Below, piece by piece: positions 29,876 to 40,617 of a stretch of DNA of 64,000 bases. How positions within the stretch are numbered: position 1 is the first letter of the stretch; each line of letters opens with the position of its first letter. Below the pieces are notes generated by a model, which saw only the letters and a list, made by a program, of their open reading frames with translations, was not told where the DNA came from and did not search any database. Origin of the DNA: an uncultured Bacteroidaceae bacterium (lineage in GTDB: Bacteria > Bacteroidota > Bacteroidia > Bacteroidales > GCA-2748055); NCBI GenBank assembly GCA_964563105.1, contig CAZLXM010000002.1, positions 41,716-105,715 on the forward strand, read 5' to 3'. The position numbers and the translations under genes were made by a program.

Positions 29876-30256
29876 TTAACGGGCGCCTTTTTCTTTTGCA
29901 TCAACCGTAAGTGTGGCATGTGGAACTGCCCTTAATCTTTCTTTTGGTATCAACACACCTGACTCCCGGCATATACCATAGGTTTTATTTTCTATACGGA
30001 CCAAAGCAGCCTGCAGATGTTGAATAAATTTCTGCTGCCTCTGGGCCAGTTTACCGGCTTCTTCCTTGGAAAGCGTTGCAGCCCCCTCTTCCAACACCTT
30101 AAAAGTTGGTGAGGTATCCTGTGTATCATTATTATCACTCATGGTTATTGAACTTTTCAATAACTCATAATCCTGTTTGGCTTTTTCAAGCTTTTGCAAA
30201 ATAATCTGCCTGAATTCATCCAGCTCCTCATCTGTGTATCTCGTCTTTTCAGCCAT
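29876..30256 (-). CDS. DksA/TraR-family protein (Cys-poor Bacteroidota type)
   Basis: 126 aa with a coiled-coil N-terminus. The C-terminus 'IENKTYGICRESGVLIPKERLRAVPHATL' matches the TraR/DksA finger region but retains only one Cys. Confidence 0.75.
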   Translation of the reverse strand: MAEKTRYTDEELDEFRQIILQKLEKAKQDYELLKSSITMSDNNDTQDTSPTFKVLEEGAATLSKEEAGKLAQRQQKFIQHLQAALVRIENKTYGICRESGVLIPKERLRAVPHATLTVDAKEKGAR

Positions 30257-30314
30257 GGCATTAAAAATTAAATTTCCCTAAATTTAAACAATTTTTTAAG
30301 AATTGCATACCATA

Positions 30315-33300
30315 TTAGGATATCCTGACAATTTTTATCAATGTCCTTATACCCTCATCGATTTCAATCTCCCTTGAATCCTCATTTAAACTGTCAACAA
30401 GGTTGATCTTACCTGCAAGAGTTTGTGAGCCAATATAATCTTTATATCTGATTATGGCTTCATTTAGAGCATCATGTTTACAAATTTCAATCATTATTTT
30501 ATCCGTTACATCAAATCCTCTTTCTTTACGGATATTTTGAATACGATTAACAAATTCCCTCGCTATACCTTCATATCTGAGATCATCAGTAATATTAATA
30601 TCAAGTGCAACTGTAAGTTTACCCTCATTAGCTACAAGCCAGCCCGGAATATCTTCCGATACAATCTCAACATCATCAAGGGACAGGATTATCTTATCAT
30701 CTCCCGGACCGAACTCAAATTTACCTTCCTTTTCAAAACGATTAATATCCTGGTTAGTCATAGCACTAATCCTTTCATTGATGGCCTTCATTTTTTTGCC
30801 ATATTTAGGCCCCAGCTTTTTAAAATCAGGTTTTATCCTTTTAACCAGAATATCTTCAGTATTTGTGATAAATTTAACCTCTTTTACATTTACTTCCGAC
30901 AATATCAATCCTTTCACAGATTCAAACTTTTCAACAAACCCTTCCTCCGGAACAGGTATCATCATCTGATTTAAAGGCTGACGAACTTTTATATTCACAC
31001 GCCTTCTGAGACTTAACACCATAGAAGATACAGCCTGTGCAATTTTCATCCTTTCTTCAAGATCCTTATCAATGAGGCTTTCATCATAATCAGGAAAATC
31101 TGCTAAATGAACTGAATTTACGGAATACTTCCCGGTAATATCATTAAGGTCCCGGAATATTTTATCCATATAAAAGGGTGCAATTGGAGATGCAATGATC
31201 ACAACACTCTTAAGGCAGGTATAAAGAGTTTGATAGGCAGCAAGTTTATCCTTGCTGTATTCACCACCCCAGTAACGTTTCCTGTTAAGCCTCACATACC
31301 AGTTACTCAGATTATCAATTACAAATTCCTGGATCAGGCGTCCTGCCCTGGTAATTTCGTAATCATCATAATTCTTCTTCACTTCTTTAATAAGTGAATT
31401 AAGTAAAGAGATAATCCAGCGATCAATTTCAGGCCTTTCATTAACGGCAATTTCATCTTCACTGAAAGTGAAACTATCAACATTGGCATAAAGGGCAAAG
31501 AAAGAATAAGTATTGTAGAGTGTGCCAAAAAATTTCCTCTTTACTTCTTCCAGCCCGCCTTCATCAAATTTCAGATTATCCCATGGCTGGGCATTTGTCA
31601 TCATATACCAGCGTAATGGGTCAGACCCGTATTTTTCAATCGTTGTAAAAGGATCTACAGCATTGCCAAGGCGCTTCGACATCTTATTCCCATTCTTATC
31701 GAGGACTAAACCATTTGAAATGATATTCCTGAAGGATACATTATCAAATAATAACACAGCAATCGCATGGAGAGTAAAAAACCAGCCCCTCGTCTGGTCA
31801 ACACCTTCAGCAATAAAATCGGCAGGAAAAAAATGATGAAAATTATCTTTGTTCTCAAATGGATAATGAACCTGGGCATAAGGCATAGCTCCTGAATCAA
31901 ACCATACATCAATTAGATCAGGCTCCCTGAATAATTTTTTGCCTGAAGGGCTAACAAGAATTATATCATCAACAAATGGCCTGTGAAGATCAAATTGGCC
32001 ATAATTATTATCAGAAAAATCTCCTTCTTTGAATCCGGAAAGAAAATTAGAAGACATAAATCCTGCCTTTATAGATTTTTCGATTTCTTTTTTTAATTCA
32101 GCAACAGAACCTATACAGACCATTTCTTTTTTATCTTCCGATACCCATATAGGAAGAGGTGTACCCCAGAATCTGGAACGTGAAAGATTCCAGTCAACGA
32201 GATTTTCAAGCCATTTTCCAAATCTTCCGCTTCCGGTCGATTCAGGTTTCCAGTTAATCGTATTATTTAAAGCGATCATCCTGTCTTTCATTGCTGTTGT
32301 CCTGATAAACCAGGAATCCAGCGGATAATAAAGAACAGGTTTATCAGTTCTCCAGCAATGTGGATAATTATGTATATGCTTCTCTATTTTAAAAGCCTTA
32401 TTATTAAGCTTCAGGTGAACAGATATATCAACATCAACTGTATCAGCATCCTCAGGAATTGATTCATCATATTCATTCTTAACAAATCTTCCGGCAAATT
32501 CACTGTACAATCCAATATTAACATTTTTTATCACAAAATCGGGATCCATATCCCTGACAGGCATAAACTTACCCTGACGGTCAACTAAGGGGCAGATCAT
32601 ACCTTCTTTATCAGGCACAGTTAATGGCGCTATATTATTTTCCTGTGCCACTTTAAGGTCATCAGCACCAAAAGTCGGGGCAACATGAACCACTCCTGTA
32701 CCATCTTCTGTTGTAACAAAATCGCCGGTAATTACCCTGAAAGCATTTTCACCGGGATTAACCCATTCAAGTAGTTGTTCATATTTTATTCCAGTCAGGT
32801 CTTTTCCGGAATATTCGGCTATTATTTTATAGGGTAATGACTTATCGCCCGGAAGAAATACAAAAGGTTTAGTAGCTGCATTCATATCCGGAAAATATAC
32901 ATTAAAGCGATCTTTTGCAATGATCACAGTAATCTTATTTCCATTGTAAGGATTGAATGTCTCAACTTTCAAATATTTTATGGCTGCACCTACAGCAAGT
33001 GCAGTATTTGAAGGAAGGGTCCAGGGTGTAGTTGTCCAGGCAAGAATATATACCGGACTTGAAACATCTTTGAATAAAAATTCAGACTCAATATTCCGTA
33101 CTACTTTAAACATTGCAGTACAGGTAGTGTCCTTAACATCCCTGTAACATCCGGGCTGATTAAGCTCATGCGTGCTAAGGCCTGTCCCGGCAGCAGGTGA
33201 ATAAGGCTGAATGGTGTAGCCCTTATACAAAAGATCCTTTTTAAACATTTCTTTCAATAACCACCATAGAGTTTCAATATAGCGATTATCATAAGTAATG

Positions 33301-33749
33301 TATGGATCCTGCATGTCAACCCAATAACCCATTTTATCCGTAAGCTCTTCCCACTCACGGGTATATTTCATCACTTCCTTTTTACAGTGATCATTATATT
33401 CAGCAATGGATATAGTTTTTCCTATATCCTCTTTAGTGATTTTCAATGACTGTTCCACAGCAAGTTCAACAGGTAATCCATGTGTATCCCATCCCGCTTT
33501 CCTTTCAACCCTGAATCCTTCAAGAGTCTTAAAACGGCAAATAATATCTTTTATGGTCCGTGAAATTACGTGATGAATACCTGGTTTCCCATTTGCTGAA
33601 GGCGGGCCTTCATAAAATACAAAATCCCGGGAATTTCGGCGGGCATCTATGCTTTTATGGAAAGTATCTTCATCTTTCCATATTTTAAGCATTTCCCTGT
33701 TAATAATAGCAAGGTCAAAGTTCTTATATTCATTGAACCTTTTATCCAT
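30315..33749 (-). CDS. ileS: Isoleucine--tRNA ligase
   Basis: 'PPSANGKPGIHHVISR' (HIGH) and 'KMSKRLGN' (KMSKS). The start is set at MDKRFNEYKNF (33749), which aligns with typical Bacteroidota IleS N-termini. The track ORF extends to 33788. Confidence 0.95.
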   Translation of the reverse strand: MDKRFNEYKNFDLAIINREMLKIWKDEDTFHKSIDARRNSRDFVFYEGPPSANGKPGIHHVISRTIKDIICRFKTLEGFRVERKAGWDTHGLPVELAVEQSLKITKEDIGKTISIAEYNDHCKKEVMKYTREWEELTDKMGYWVDMQDPYITYDNRYIETLWWLLKEMFKKDLLYKGYTIQPYSPAAGTGLSTHELNQPGCYRDVKDTTCTAMFKVVRNIESEFLFKDVSSPVYILAWTTTPWTLPSNTALAVGAAIKYLKVETFNPYNGNKITVIIAKDRFNVYFPDMNAATKPFVFLPGDKSLPYKIIAEYSGKDLTGIKYEQLLEWVNPGENAFRVITGDFVTTEDGTGVVHVAPTFGADDLKVAQENNIAPLTVPDKEGMICPLVDRQGKFMPVRDMDPDFVIKNVNIGLYSEFAGRFVKNEYDESIPEDADTVDVDISVHLKLNNKAFKIEKHIHNYPHCWRTDKPVLYYPLDSWFIRTTAMKDRMIALNNTINWKPESTGSGRFGKWLENLVDWNLSRSRFWGTPLPIWVSEDKKEMVCIGSVAELKKEIEKSIKAGFMSSNFLSGFKEGDFSDNNYGQFDLHRPFVDDIILVSPSGKKLFREPDLIDVWFDSGAMPYAQVHYPFENKDNFHHFFPADFIAEGVDQTRGWFFTLHAIAVLLFDNVSFRNIISNGLVLDKNGNKMSKRLGNAVDPFTTIEKYGSDPLRWYMMTNAQPWDNLKFDEGGLEEVKRKFFGTLYNTYSFFALYANVDSFTFSEDEIAVNERPEIDRWIISLLNSLIKEVKKNYDDYEITRAGRLIQEFVIDNLSNWYVRLNRKRYWGGEYSKDKLAAYQTLYTCLKSVVIIASPIAPFYMDKIFRDLNDITGKYSVNSVHLADFPDYDESLIDKDLEERMKIAQAVSSMVLSLRRRVNIKVRQPLNQMMIPVPEEGFVEKFESVKGLILSEVNVKEVKFITNTEDILVKRIKPDFKKLGPKYGKKMKAINERISAMTNQDINRFEKEGKFEFGPGDDKIILSLDDVEIVSEDIPGWLVANEGKLTVALDINITDDLRYEGIAREFVNRIQNIRKERGFDVTDKIMIEICKHDALNEAIIRYKDYIGSQTLAGKINLVDSLNEDSREIEIDEGIRTLIKIVRIS

Positions 33750-34003
33750 TCTGAATTCAATTAATCTATTATTTTTAAAATCCCACAAAGTTAGAAAAAA
33801 AAATGATTTTTACTAAAAGCCAAAAAAGCTTGTCCAAGTCATAATTCTTTGAATAGTATTTAGATGAATTTAAATAAAAAAATCTGAACAGCGATATATT
33901 TATAGATATTGAAGATAAAATAAAGCTGTAAGAAATAACTATAAACAATATACTAATTTTTGTAAATAATCTGGTGATGCCCCCTTATAAGGCAAAAAAA
34001 ACC

Positions 34004-34011
34004 TAACTTTG
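34004..34011 (+). promoter_or_regulatory. -7 promoter box TAACTTTG upstream of ribE
   Basis: Exact TAnnTTTG lies 60 nt upstream of ATG 34072. No clear -33 TTTG at the expected spacing. Confidence 0.3.
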
Positions 34012-34071
34012 CAATTCACTATTAATAAATATATTATTTCAGCCCGCTTTAATAATTAAAATTCAAATATT

Positions 34072-34677
34072 ATGTTTTCAGGAATTGTTGAAGAAACTGC
34101 CATAGTTGAGAAAATTGTAAAAGAAAAAGAAAATATACATATTACTTTATCCTGTTCATTTGTAGATGAATTAAAAATTGACCAGAGCATATCCCATAAC
34201 GGAGTTTGTCTTACAGTTGTTGCAAAAGATAAAAACACATATACTGTAACTGCGATTATGGAAACTCTTTTAAAATCAAACCTTGGATTATTAAAACCCG
34301 GAGATAAAGTTAATCTCGAAAGAAGTGTTAAAATGGACGGACGTCTTGACGGTCACATGGTCCAGGGACACGTTGATACAACCGCCATTTGTACGGGAGT
34401 AAGAGAGTCTGAAGGAAGCTGGTATTTCAGCTTTTCCTTTGATAAAACAAACGATGAATTCTTAACTGTTGAAAAAGGCTCAGTTTCAGTAAACGGAGTA
34501 TCACTCACTGTGGTTAATTCAAAAGACAAGTCATTTGAAGTGGCCATTATTCCTTATACCTATGATGTTACTAATTTTCATGCCATTAAAGAAGGAACAG
34601 TTGTAAATATTGAATTTGACATAATTGGAAAATATATCGCAAGAATTTTAAAGCAACAATTGGGTAAAGAATCATAA
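34072..34677 (+). CDS. ribE: Riboflavin synthase (alpha chain)
   Basis: 'MFSGIVEETA' start. Internally duplicated barrel with 'SISHNGVCLTV' and 'SVSVNGVSLTV'. 201 aa. Confidence 0.9.
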   Translation: MFSGIVEETAIVEKIVKEKENIHITLSCSFVDELKIDQSISHNGVCLTVVAKDKNTYTVTAIMETLLKSNLGLLKPGDKVNLERSVKMDGRLDGHMVQGHVDTTAICTGVRESEGSWYFSFSFDKTNDEFLTVEKGSVSVNGVSLTVVNSKDKSFEVAIIPYTYDVTNFHAIKEGTVVNIEFDIIGKYIARILKQQLGKES

Positions 34678-34731
34678 TAACCCTGAAACCAGTAAAAATT
34701 AATAATTATCCTTTAAAACATTAATAATAGA

Positions 34732-36204
34732 GTGGAACCTTTGTGGATTTATAATACCCTCACCCGGAAAAAAGAAATTTTTAAACCCTTAAATCCTTCT
34801 CATGTAGGTATATATGTATGCGGGCCCACAGTTTATGGTGATGCTCATTTGGGACATGCCAGACCGGCTGTTACATTTGATCTTTTATACAGATATTTAA
34901 AATTTATCGGATATAAAGTAAGATATGTCAGAAACATAACTGATGTGGGGCATCTTGAAAATGATGCTGATGAAGGAGAAGATAAAGTAGGGAAAAAAGC
35001 CAGGCTTGAGCAGTTGGAGCCTATGGAGATCTCTCAGTATTATATTAATCGCTACCATCTTAATATGCAATTACTGAATGTTCTTCCACCTGATATTGAA
35101 CCATTGGCATCAGGGCATATTATTGAACAGCAAATTATGATCAAAAAAATTATCGAATCAGGATTTGCTTATGAATCGAACGGGTCTGTTTATTTTGATG
35201 TAATAAAATATAACCGGTTCCATCCTTATGGAAAGCTTTCGGGGAGAAAAATTGAAGAACTCTTAATAAATACCCGTGAACTGGAAGGCACAGGCGAAAA
35301 GCGTAATCCTCTCGATTTTGCTCTCTGGAAAAAAGCAAGCCCATTACATGTTATGAGATGGCCCTCTCCCTGGGGAGAAGGGTTCCCCGGCTGGCATATT
35401 GAGTGCTCATCTATGTCAGAAAAATATCTTGGAAAAACTTTTGATATTCATGGTGGAGGTATGGACCTCCTTTTCCCGCATCATGAATGTGAAATCGCAC
35501 AAACAGTGGCAGCAAACGGTAAAGAATCCGTTCAATACTGGATGCATAATAATCTGATCACAATCGGCGGACAAAAAATGGGGAAGTCACTCGGAAATTT
35601 TATCACTCTGGAAGAATTATTCTCCGGCTCACATAAGCTTCTGGATAAAAGCTATTCTCCAATGACGATCAGATTTTTTATCTTGCAGGCTCATTACAGA
35701 GGAACTCTCGATTTTAGTAATAATGCACTTCAGGCAGCAGAAAGGGGCCTGGCACGTTTGACAGGATCTTTACAAAACCTGAAAAAGGTTGTACCATCAT
35801 CCCATTCAACAATAAATGTAAATGAGCTTAAATCTTCATGCCATAATGCCATGAATGATGACCTTAACAGCCCTGCAGCAATTGCTTCTCTCTTTGATAC
35901 AGTAAAAATTATCAATCTTCTTAGAGAAGGAAAAGAATTTATTAACGAAAACGATCTTTCTGAATTATATTCCTTTATGTATAACTTTATTACGGATGTT
36001 CTGGGACTGGAAATTGAAAATAAAGATGAAAATGTAAATAAATCAGATAATCTGGTTGAAATGATACTTAATATCAGGAAAGAAGCAAAAGAAAGGAGCG
36101 ACTTTCAACTTTCAGATCAGATACGAAATGAACTTGAAAAGATCGGAATAATAGTGAAAGATTTAAAAAATGGCTTTGAATGGAAATGGAAGGAAACAGA
36201 ATAA
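34732..36204 (+). CDS. cysS: Cysteine--tRNA ligase
   Basis: '[10 protein letters not shown]', 'HLGHARP' (HIGH) and 'KMGKSLGN' (KMSKS). GTG start at 34732; TTG 34741 is also possible. Confidence 0.95.
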   Translation: MEPLWIYNTLTRKKEIFKPLNPSHVGIYVCGPTVYGDAHLGHARPAVTFDLLYRYLKFIGYKVRYVRNITDVGHLENDADEGEDKVGKKARLEQLEPMEISQYYINRYHLNMQLLNVLPPDIEPLASGHIIEQQIMIKKIIESGFAYESNGSVYFDVIKYNRFHPYGKLSGRKIEELLINTRELEGTGEKRNPLDFALWKKASPLHVMRWPSPWGEGFPGWHIECSSMSEKYLGKTFDIHGGGMDLLFPHHECEIAQTVAANGKESVQYWMHNNLITIGGQKMGKSLGNFITLEELFSGSHKLLDKSYSPMTIRFFILQAHYRGTLDFSNNALQAAERGLARLTGSLQNLKKVVPSSHSTINVNELKSSCHNAMNDDLNSPAAIASLFDTVKIINLLREGKEFINENDLSELYSFMYNFITDVLGLEIENKDENVNKSDNLVEMILNIRKEAKERSDFQLSDQIRNELEKIGIIVKDLKNGFEWKWKETE

Positions 36205-37248
36205 TTATTCCTGACTTTTATTTAAAGTAAAAACAAAAGAACTTCCCTTTTCAGTAGTACTACGTACATTAATTGTCTGTTCGTGCCCTTCAATTATATG
36301 TTTTACAATGGAAAGCCCCAGACCTGTACCTCCCAGGTTACGTGAGCGTGATTTATCTGTCCTGAAAAACCTTTCAAAAATCCTGGGCAGATCTTTCTCT
36401 GTTATCCCTATACCATTATCAGAAATGTCAACTAATACTCTCTGGCCCATATCCATAAAAGAAACAACTGTTTTCCCGTTCTTTTTCCCATAATTAATAG
36501 AGTTAACAATCAAATTATTAAATACTTCATGCATTTTTTTTCTGTCAGCCATGACCATTACAGGCTTATTATAATTTGAAGCAAAAGATAATTTAATACC
36601 ACGTTGCTCTGCCATGATCTCAAGCATATCATATACCTCTTCAACTAATTTTACAAGATCAAACTCTTCCATTTCCAGTTTAAGTTCTCCCGATTCAAGT
36701 CTTGAAATAGATTCCAGATCTTCAACAATTGAGATCATACGGTTTATACTTTGTTCTGTCCTCTCAAGGTAAAGTTTATTGATGGAAGGGTCCTCCATAC
36801 CTCCGTCAAGAAGTGTTAATATATAACCCTGAATATTAAAAATTGGAGTTTTTAATTCATGCATAACATTTCCAAGAAAATCTTTTCTATACTTTTCTAA
36901 TTGTTTAAGTTTTTTAATCTCCTTAGTTTTCTTTTCTGCCCAGTCTTCCACTTCCCTGTTTGCCTGCAAAATAATATCTTTCCCCAGTCGCCTGCTAAGT
37001 TCCTTGTGTGAAATAGTATGTTCAAGGATAGTTTTATAAATAGGTTTAATTTTTGAAAAAATAAAATTACTAAGAGTGTAATATGCAACTGAATATGTAA
37101 TTATAAAAAATAATATTGCTGAAACAGCAGCCCATATCCAGAGCTTCTCAGGACGAAGATAATAAAGAAGAAACATAGTTCCTGTAAACAAAATAAACAG
37201 AAAGAAAGCTAATAAAGCAGCCAGTTTTTTGGGTGAAAAATACTTCAT
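36205..37248 (-). CDS. Sensor histidine kinase (PhoR-like, no adjacent response regulator)
   Basis: Two N-terminal TM helices. H-box 'MHELKTPI', N-box 'NLIVNSINYG', G1 'DNGIGI', G2 'GGTGLGLSIV'. Its stop abuts the cysS stop with no gap. Confidence 0.85.
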   Translation of the reverse strand: MKYFSPKKLAALLAFFLFILFTGTMFLLYYLRPEKLWIWAAVSAILFFIITYSVAYYTLSNFIFSKIKPIYKTILEHTISHKELSRRLGKDIILQANREVEDWAEKKTKEIKKLKQLEKYRKDFLGNVMHELKTPIFNIQGYILTLLDGGMEDPSINKLYLERTEQSINRMISIVEDLESISRLESGELKLEMEEFDLVKLVEEVYDMLEIMAEQRGIKLSFASNYNKPVMVMADRKKMHEVFNNLIVNSINYGKKNGKTVVSFMDMGQRVLVDISDNGIGITEKDLPRIFERFFRTDKSRSRNLGGTGLGLSIVKHIIEGHEQTINVRSTTEKGSSFVFTLNKSQE

Positions 37249-37323
37249 ATAAAAAATTTTTACTTATATTTTTGTTGAGGAAACTATTTTAAACAATTCT
37301 ATAATAATATGCAAAATAAATTT

Positions 37324-37842
37324 TCAAATAATCTTTATAACTTTTGTTTGCCCGGTAATTAAAAACTTCTGAAGATCAAGCTGTGTTAATAAATTAATCC
37401 CCGGTTTTTTACCAGCTTCAATAGAACCATATTCTTTGTCAATTTTCAGGGTACAGGCTGCTTTGTAGCTTATAAGGGAAATTTGTTCTTCCAGGCTAAT
37501 TTCAGGATTATACTTTTTTATCATAATCAGATATTTTAGTATCTCCTGCATTTTAACAGTATCTTCAATAATTCTGTTTTTCGGTGCCACTTCTTTAAAG
37601 TTGAAAAAAATATCCGGTATTTCTGTCTTATGATTAAAAAAATTATTTGATAAGGGAGGGACAATAAATGCCGGAGTTAATATACCCGAATAAAACTCCA
37701 GCCCGGCTAACTCCTGATACTCACCGCCTGTATCAATAAGCTGTTTTATAATACCTTCGGCATCAAACTCAACAATCCCGTATTTCAATGCATGCGAATT
37801 CCCCGGAAAAACATAATGAGCTGATATTTTCCTGTATTTCAT
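37324..37842 (-). CDS. Amidohydrolase-like protein lacking the catalytic barrel
   Basis: 172 aa. The ends resemble amidohydrolase-superfamily N- and C-terminal segments ('KYGIVEFDAEGII...GILTPAFI', 'AACTLKIDKEYGSIEAGKKPGINLL'). There is no HxH and no ~250-aa central TIM barrel. Confidence 0.4.
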   Translation of the reverse strand: MKYRKISAHYVFPGNSHALKYGIVEFDAEGIIKQLIDTGGEYQELAGLEFYSGILTPAFIVPPLSNNFFNHKTEIPDIFFNFKEVAPKNRIIEDTVKMQEILKYLIMIKKYNPEISLEEQISLISYKAACTLKIDKEYGSIEAGKKPGINLLTQLDLQKFLITGQTKVIKII

Positions 37843-37850
37843 AAAGATAT

Positions 37851-38231
37851 CTATTCATTTATGACGTCCTTTCTTAATTCGGGATCATTCTTCCTCAAAG
37901 TATCAAGCATATAATGCATTTTCATAAGTACTTCATTATATACCTTTTCATAAAGTTCGGGCCTTCTTGTATAAGCAGCAACAGTTGAGTCAAAATCCTC
38001 CCTGGTATATCCGTGTTTCTCAATAATATCAGCATAAATGTCAATTGAATCTTTTGAAGAGTATTTATGATGAAATTCATGTCTTACAATTATTGTTTCC
38101 ATAATATGAATTTCGGCTAGTATAGTAACAAACTTCTTTTTCGGAATATTGTGGGCCCGCCTGAACCTTGCAAATTTCTCCCCACAGGAGAAAAGACTAA
38201 TGAGTAATATTAAAATGAAAAATTTACGCAT
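37851..38231 (-). CDS. Small lipoprotein (DUF4296-like)
   Basis: Signal peptide with lipobox 'LLISLFSCGE'. 126 aa. The family name is recalled and not verified. Confidence 0.5.
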   Translation of the reverse strand: MRKFFILILLISLFSCGEKFARFRRAHNIPKKKFVTILAEIHIMETIIVRHEFHHKYSSKDSIDIYADIIEKHGYTREDFDSTVAAYTRRPELYEKVYNEVLMKMHYMLDTLRKNDPELRKDVINE

Positions 38232-38378
38232 TTACCTGAAAATAATATGTTCCCGGGGATTTTTGAATTAATATCCCTTTTATAAAAGCTTTTAATTATT
38301 ATATCCGGGGCTGGTTTAATAAATAATAGCCAAATTCAACGTAAAGTTACAATAAATACAATTTGGATAACATTAATT

Positions 38379-40586
38379 TCAGCTAACCAATGCAAAATCC
38401 AATTGCCTTTTTGACATATTAGCGCTTTTTACCTCAATTTCAATTTCGTCTCCAAGCTGATACGTTTTTTCAGAATATCTTCCTTTCAAAATATAATTCT
38501 CCTCATCAAATTCGAAAAAATCATCAACAATACTTTGAAGACTAATCATCCCTTCGCATTTATTTTCAATTATCTCTACATATATTCCCCAGTTTGTAAG
38601 TCCTGAAATAATACCTTTAAATGTCTGCCCTACTTTATCCTTCATATATTCAACCTGCTTATATTTAATTGAAGCCCTTTCTGCATCCATTGCTTTACGT
38701 TCCATTTCGGAGGCATGTTCACATTTTTTTTCATATTTAATTTTATTCTTCTGTTCACCTCCGCTCATATAAGATTTCAATAAACGGTGTACCATCATAT
38801 CCGGGTATCTGCGAATAGGAGATGTAAAATGAGTATAATACTGAAAAGCAAGTCCATAATGACCAATATTTGTAGTGGAATAACGGGCTTTTGCCATTGC
38901 CCTTAACGCGAGGGTTTCAATAACATTCTCCTCCTTTTTTCCTTCAATATCATTAAGAAGTATATTTAATGACAAGGCTGCTTTTTTACCCTGCCTTAAA
39001 TCGAGAGTATAACCAAACTTACGTACAAATTTGGAAAATGATTCCAGCTTTTGTGCATCAGGGCGATCATGTATCCGATAAACAAAGGTTTTGGTTTTCC
39101 TTTTTGCTATTTTCTGCTTTTCGGGCTCAGTAAGATCCTGTAAATAAACAAAGCCGTTATGTACAAACTCGGCAACCCTTCTGTTTGCCAAAAGCATAAA
39201 CTCTTCAATAAGCTGATCAGATTCTTCATGTTCCTTGAAATATACTGAGGTGGGAAATCCTTTTTCATCAAGATGAAATTTTACCTCAACCCTGTCAAAA
39301 CCAATAGAACCCTGTTCTGATCGCCATTTTTTCATTATCCGGGCCAGATTATGCAGATTAATTATCTCCTCCTTCATTTCATCATTATGGCCTTTAATAA
39401 TATTCTGTGCCTCTTCATAATTAAATCTTCTCATAGACCTGATAACAGTAGGGCCAATCCATTCATTCAACACATCAGCATTTTCATTCATCTCAAAAAC
39501 TGCCGAATAACATAATTTATCAGTATCCGGATTTAAAGAACATATATTATTGGATATCCATTCAGGAAACATGGGAACTGTACGGTCAACCAGGTAAACA
39601 GATGTGCCTCTTTCATAAGCTTCATCATCAAGTATGGATTTAGATTTAATATAATAAGTGACATCAGCAATATGAACCCCAACTTCAAAGTTTCCATTAT
39701 CTAATTTTCTGATAGACAAGGCATCATCAAAATCTTTTGCATCGGCCGGATCAATTGTAAAAGTAGGGACTCCGCGGAAATCCATACGTGAATTATATTC
39801 CGGTTCCGGAATTATATCACTTATTTTACCGGCAGCTTTCAAAACTTCAGGTTTAAAGCGGAAGGGAAGATCAAACTCGGCAAGAATGGAATGCATTTCA
39901 ACATCATTATCTCCCGGATCGCCCAGTACTTCAATAATTTCCGCAACAGGGTTCTTTACCCCTTCAGGCCATTCAATAACCCTGGCAATTGCTTTCTGAC
40001 CACTTCTTGCCCCATTTAATTTATCAAGGGGAATAAAAAGATCGTAAGGCATCTTTTTACTGTCGATAAACAGAAAAGCAAAATGTTTTGATATTTCAAC
40101 AGTACCTACAAATGAATTTCTTGCCCTCTCCAGGACCTGTATTACTTCCCCCTCATAGCGTGTGTCCTTCCTTCGGCGGGGATAAACAAATACCCTTACC
40201 AGATCGCCGTCTAATGCAGAATGTAAAAGATTGCGTGCTATAAAAATGTCATCATCCATTTCATCACTAATAACAAAAGCATAACCATGCTGTGTCATAT
40301 CAATTTTACCGGTAATATATCCAGCCTTCAACTTAAGTTTATATTTCTGTTTTTCCACTTCCTCAAGCTGATCAGCATGTGTAAGCTCATTGAATGCCTG
40401 AATGATCAGTGATCTGTCAGCTTCATCCCTGATGCCAAGGATCTTTGCAATCTGTTTATAATTAAAGGTTTTATTAGGATTATTAGATAATATCCCAAGT
40501 ATTTTATTATATAAAACTTCCTTATTTAAATTATTTTTTCTTTTATTTTTCCCTTTTCTAGCCATAAACTTAATATTTAGCTCCAA
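38379..40586 (-). CDS. rnr: Ribonuclease R
   Basis: RNB-domain motifs ('IDPADAKDFDDALS', 'HFTSPIRRYPD'). C-terminal S1 domain ('FKGIISGLTNWGIYVEI'). Basic N-terminus. The start may be MARKGKNK at 40565. Confidence 0.9.
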   Translation of the reverse strand: MELNIKFMARKGKNKRKNNLNKEVLYNKILGILSNNPNKTFNYKQIAKILGIRDEADRSLIIQAFNELTHADQLEEVEKQKYKLKLKAGYITGKIDMTQHGYAFVISDEMDDDIFIARNLLHSALDGDLVRVFVYPRRRKDTRYEGEVIQVLERARNSFVGTVEISKHFAFLFIDSKKMPYDLFIPLDKLNGARSGQKAIARVIEWPEGVKNPVAEIIEVLGDPGDNDVEMHSILAEFDLPFRFKPEVLKAAGKISDIIPEPEYNSRMDFRGVPTFTIDPADAKDFDDALSIRKLDNGNFEVGVHIADVTYYIKSKSILDDEAYERGTSVYLVDRTVPMFPEWISNNICSLNPDTDKLCYSAVFEMNENADVLNEWIGPTVIRSMRRFNYEEAQNIIKGHNDEMKEEIINLHNLARIMKKWRSEQGSIGFDRVEVKFHLDEKGFPTSVYFKEHEESDQLIEEFMLLANRRVAEFVHNGFVYLQDLTEPEKQKIAKRKTKTFVYRIHDRPDAQKLESFSKFVRKFGYTLDLRQGKKAALSLNILLNDIEGKKEENVIETLALRAMAKARYSTTNIGHYGLAFQYYTHFTSPIRRYPDMMVHRLLKSYMSGGEQKNKIKYEKKCEHASEMERKAMDAERASIKYKQVEYMKDKVGQTFKGIISGLTNWGIYVEIIENKCEGMISLQSIVDDFFEFDEENYILKGRYSEKTYQLGDEIEIEVKSANMSKRQLDFALVS

Positions 40587-40617
40587 GATACCTGAAAATC
40601 ATAAATAAACATATCTT

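Noticed and set aside
30474-33147. Plus-strand ORFs of 63-166 aa antisense to ileS (for example 30474..30974, 31522..31836, 32029..32328)
   Set aside because: They are embedded in an unambiguous ileS coding region, and their products are Phe/Ile/Asn-rich mirror translations with no start context or motif.
33789-34071. Looked for an FMN riboswitch upstream of ribE, and for T-box or leader structures near ileS, cysS and trpS
   Set aside because: The 283-nt region is very AT-rich and lacks the conserved GC-rich FMN-element cores. No extended stem structures were seen, only a TAACTTTG promoter box.
38232-38378. Short inverted repeat GGGAT-N12-ATCCC, with a following T-run on the plus strand, in the gap downstream of rnr, considered as a possible terminator
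   Set aside because: The stem has only 5 bp. The T-run is on the plus strand, where no gene ends. On the minus strand, downstream of rnr, no U-tract follows.
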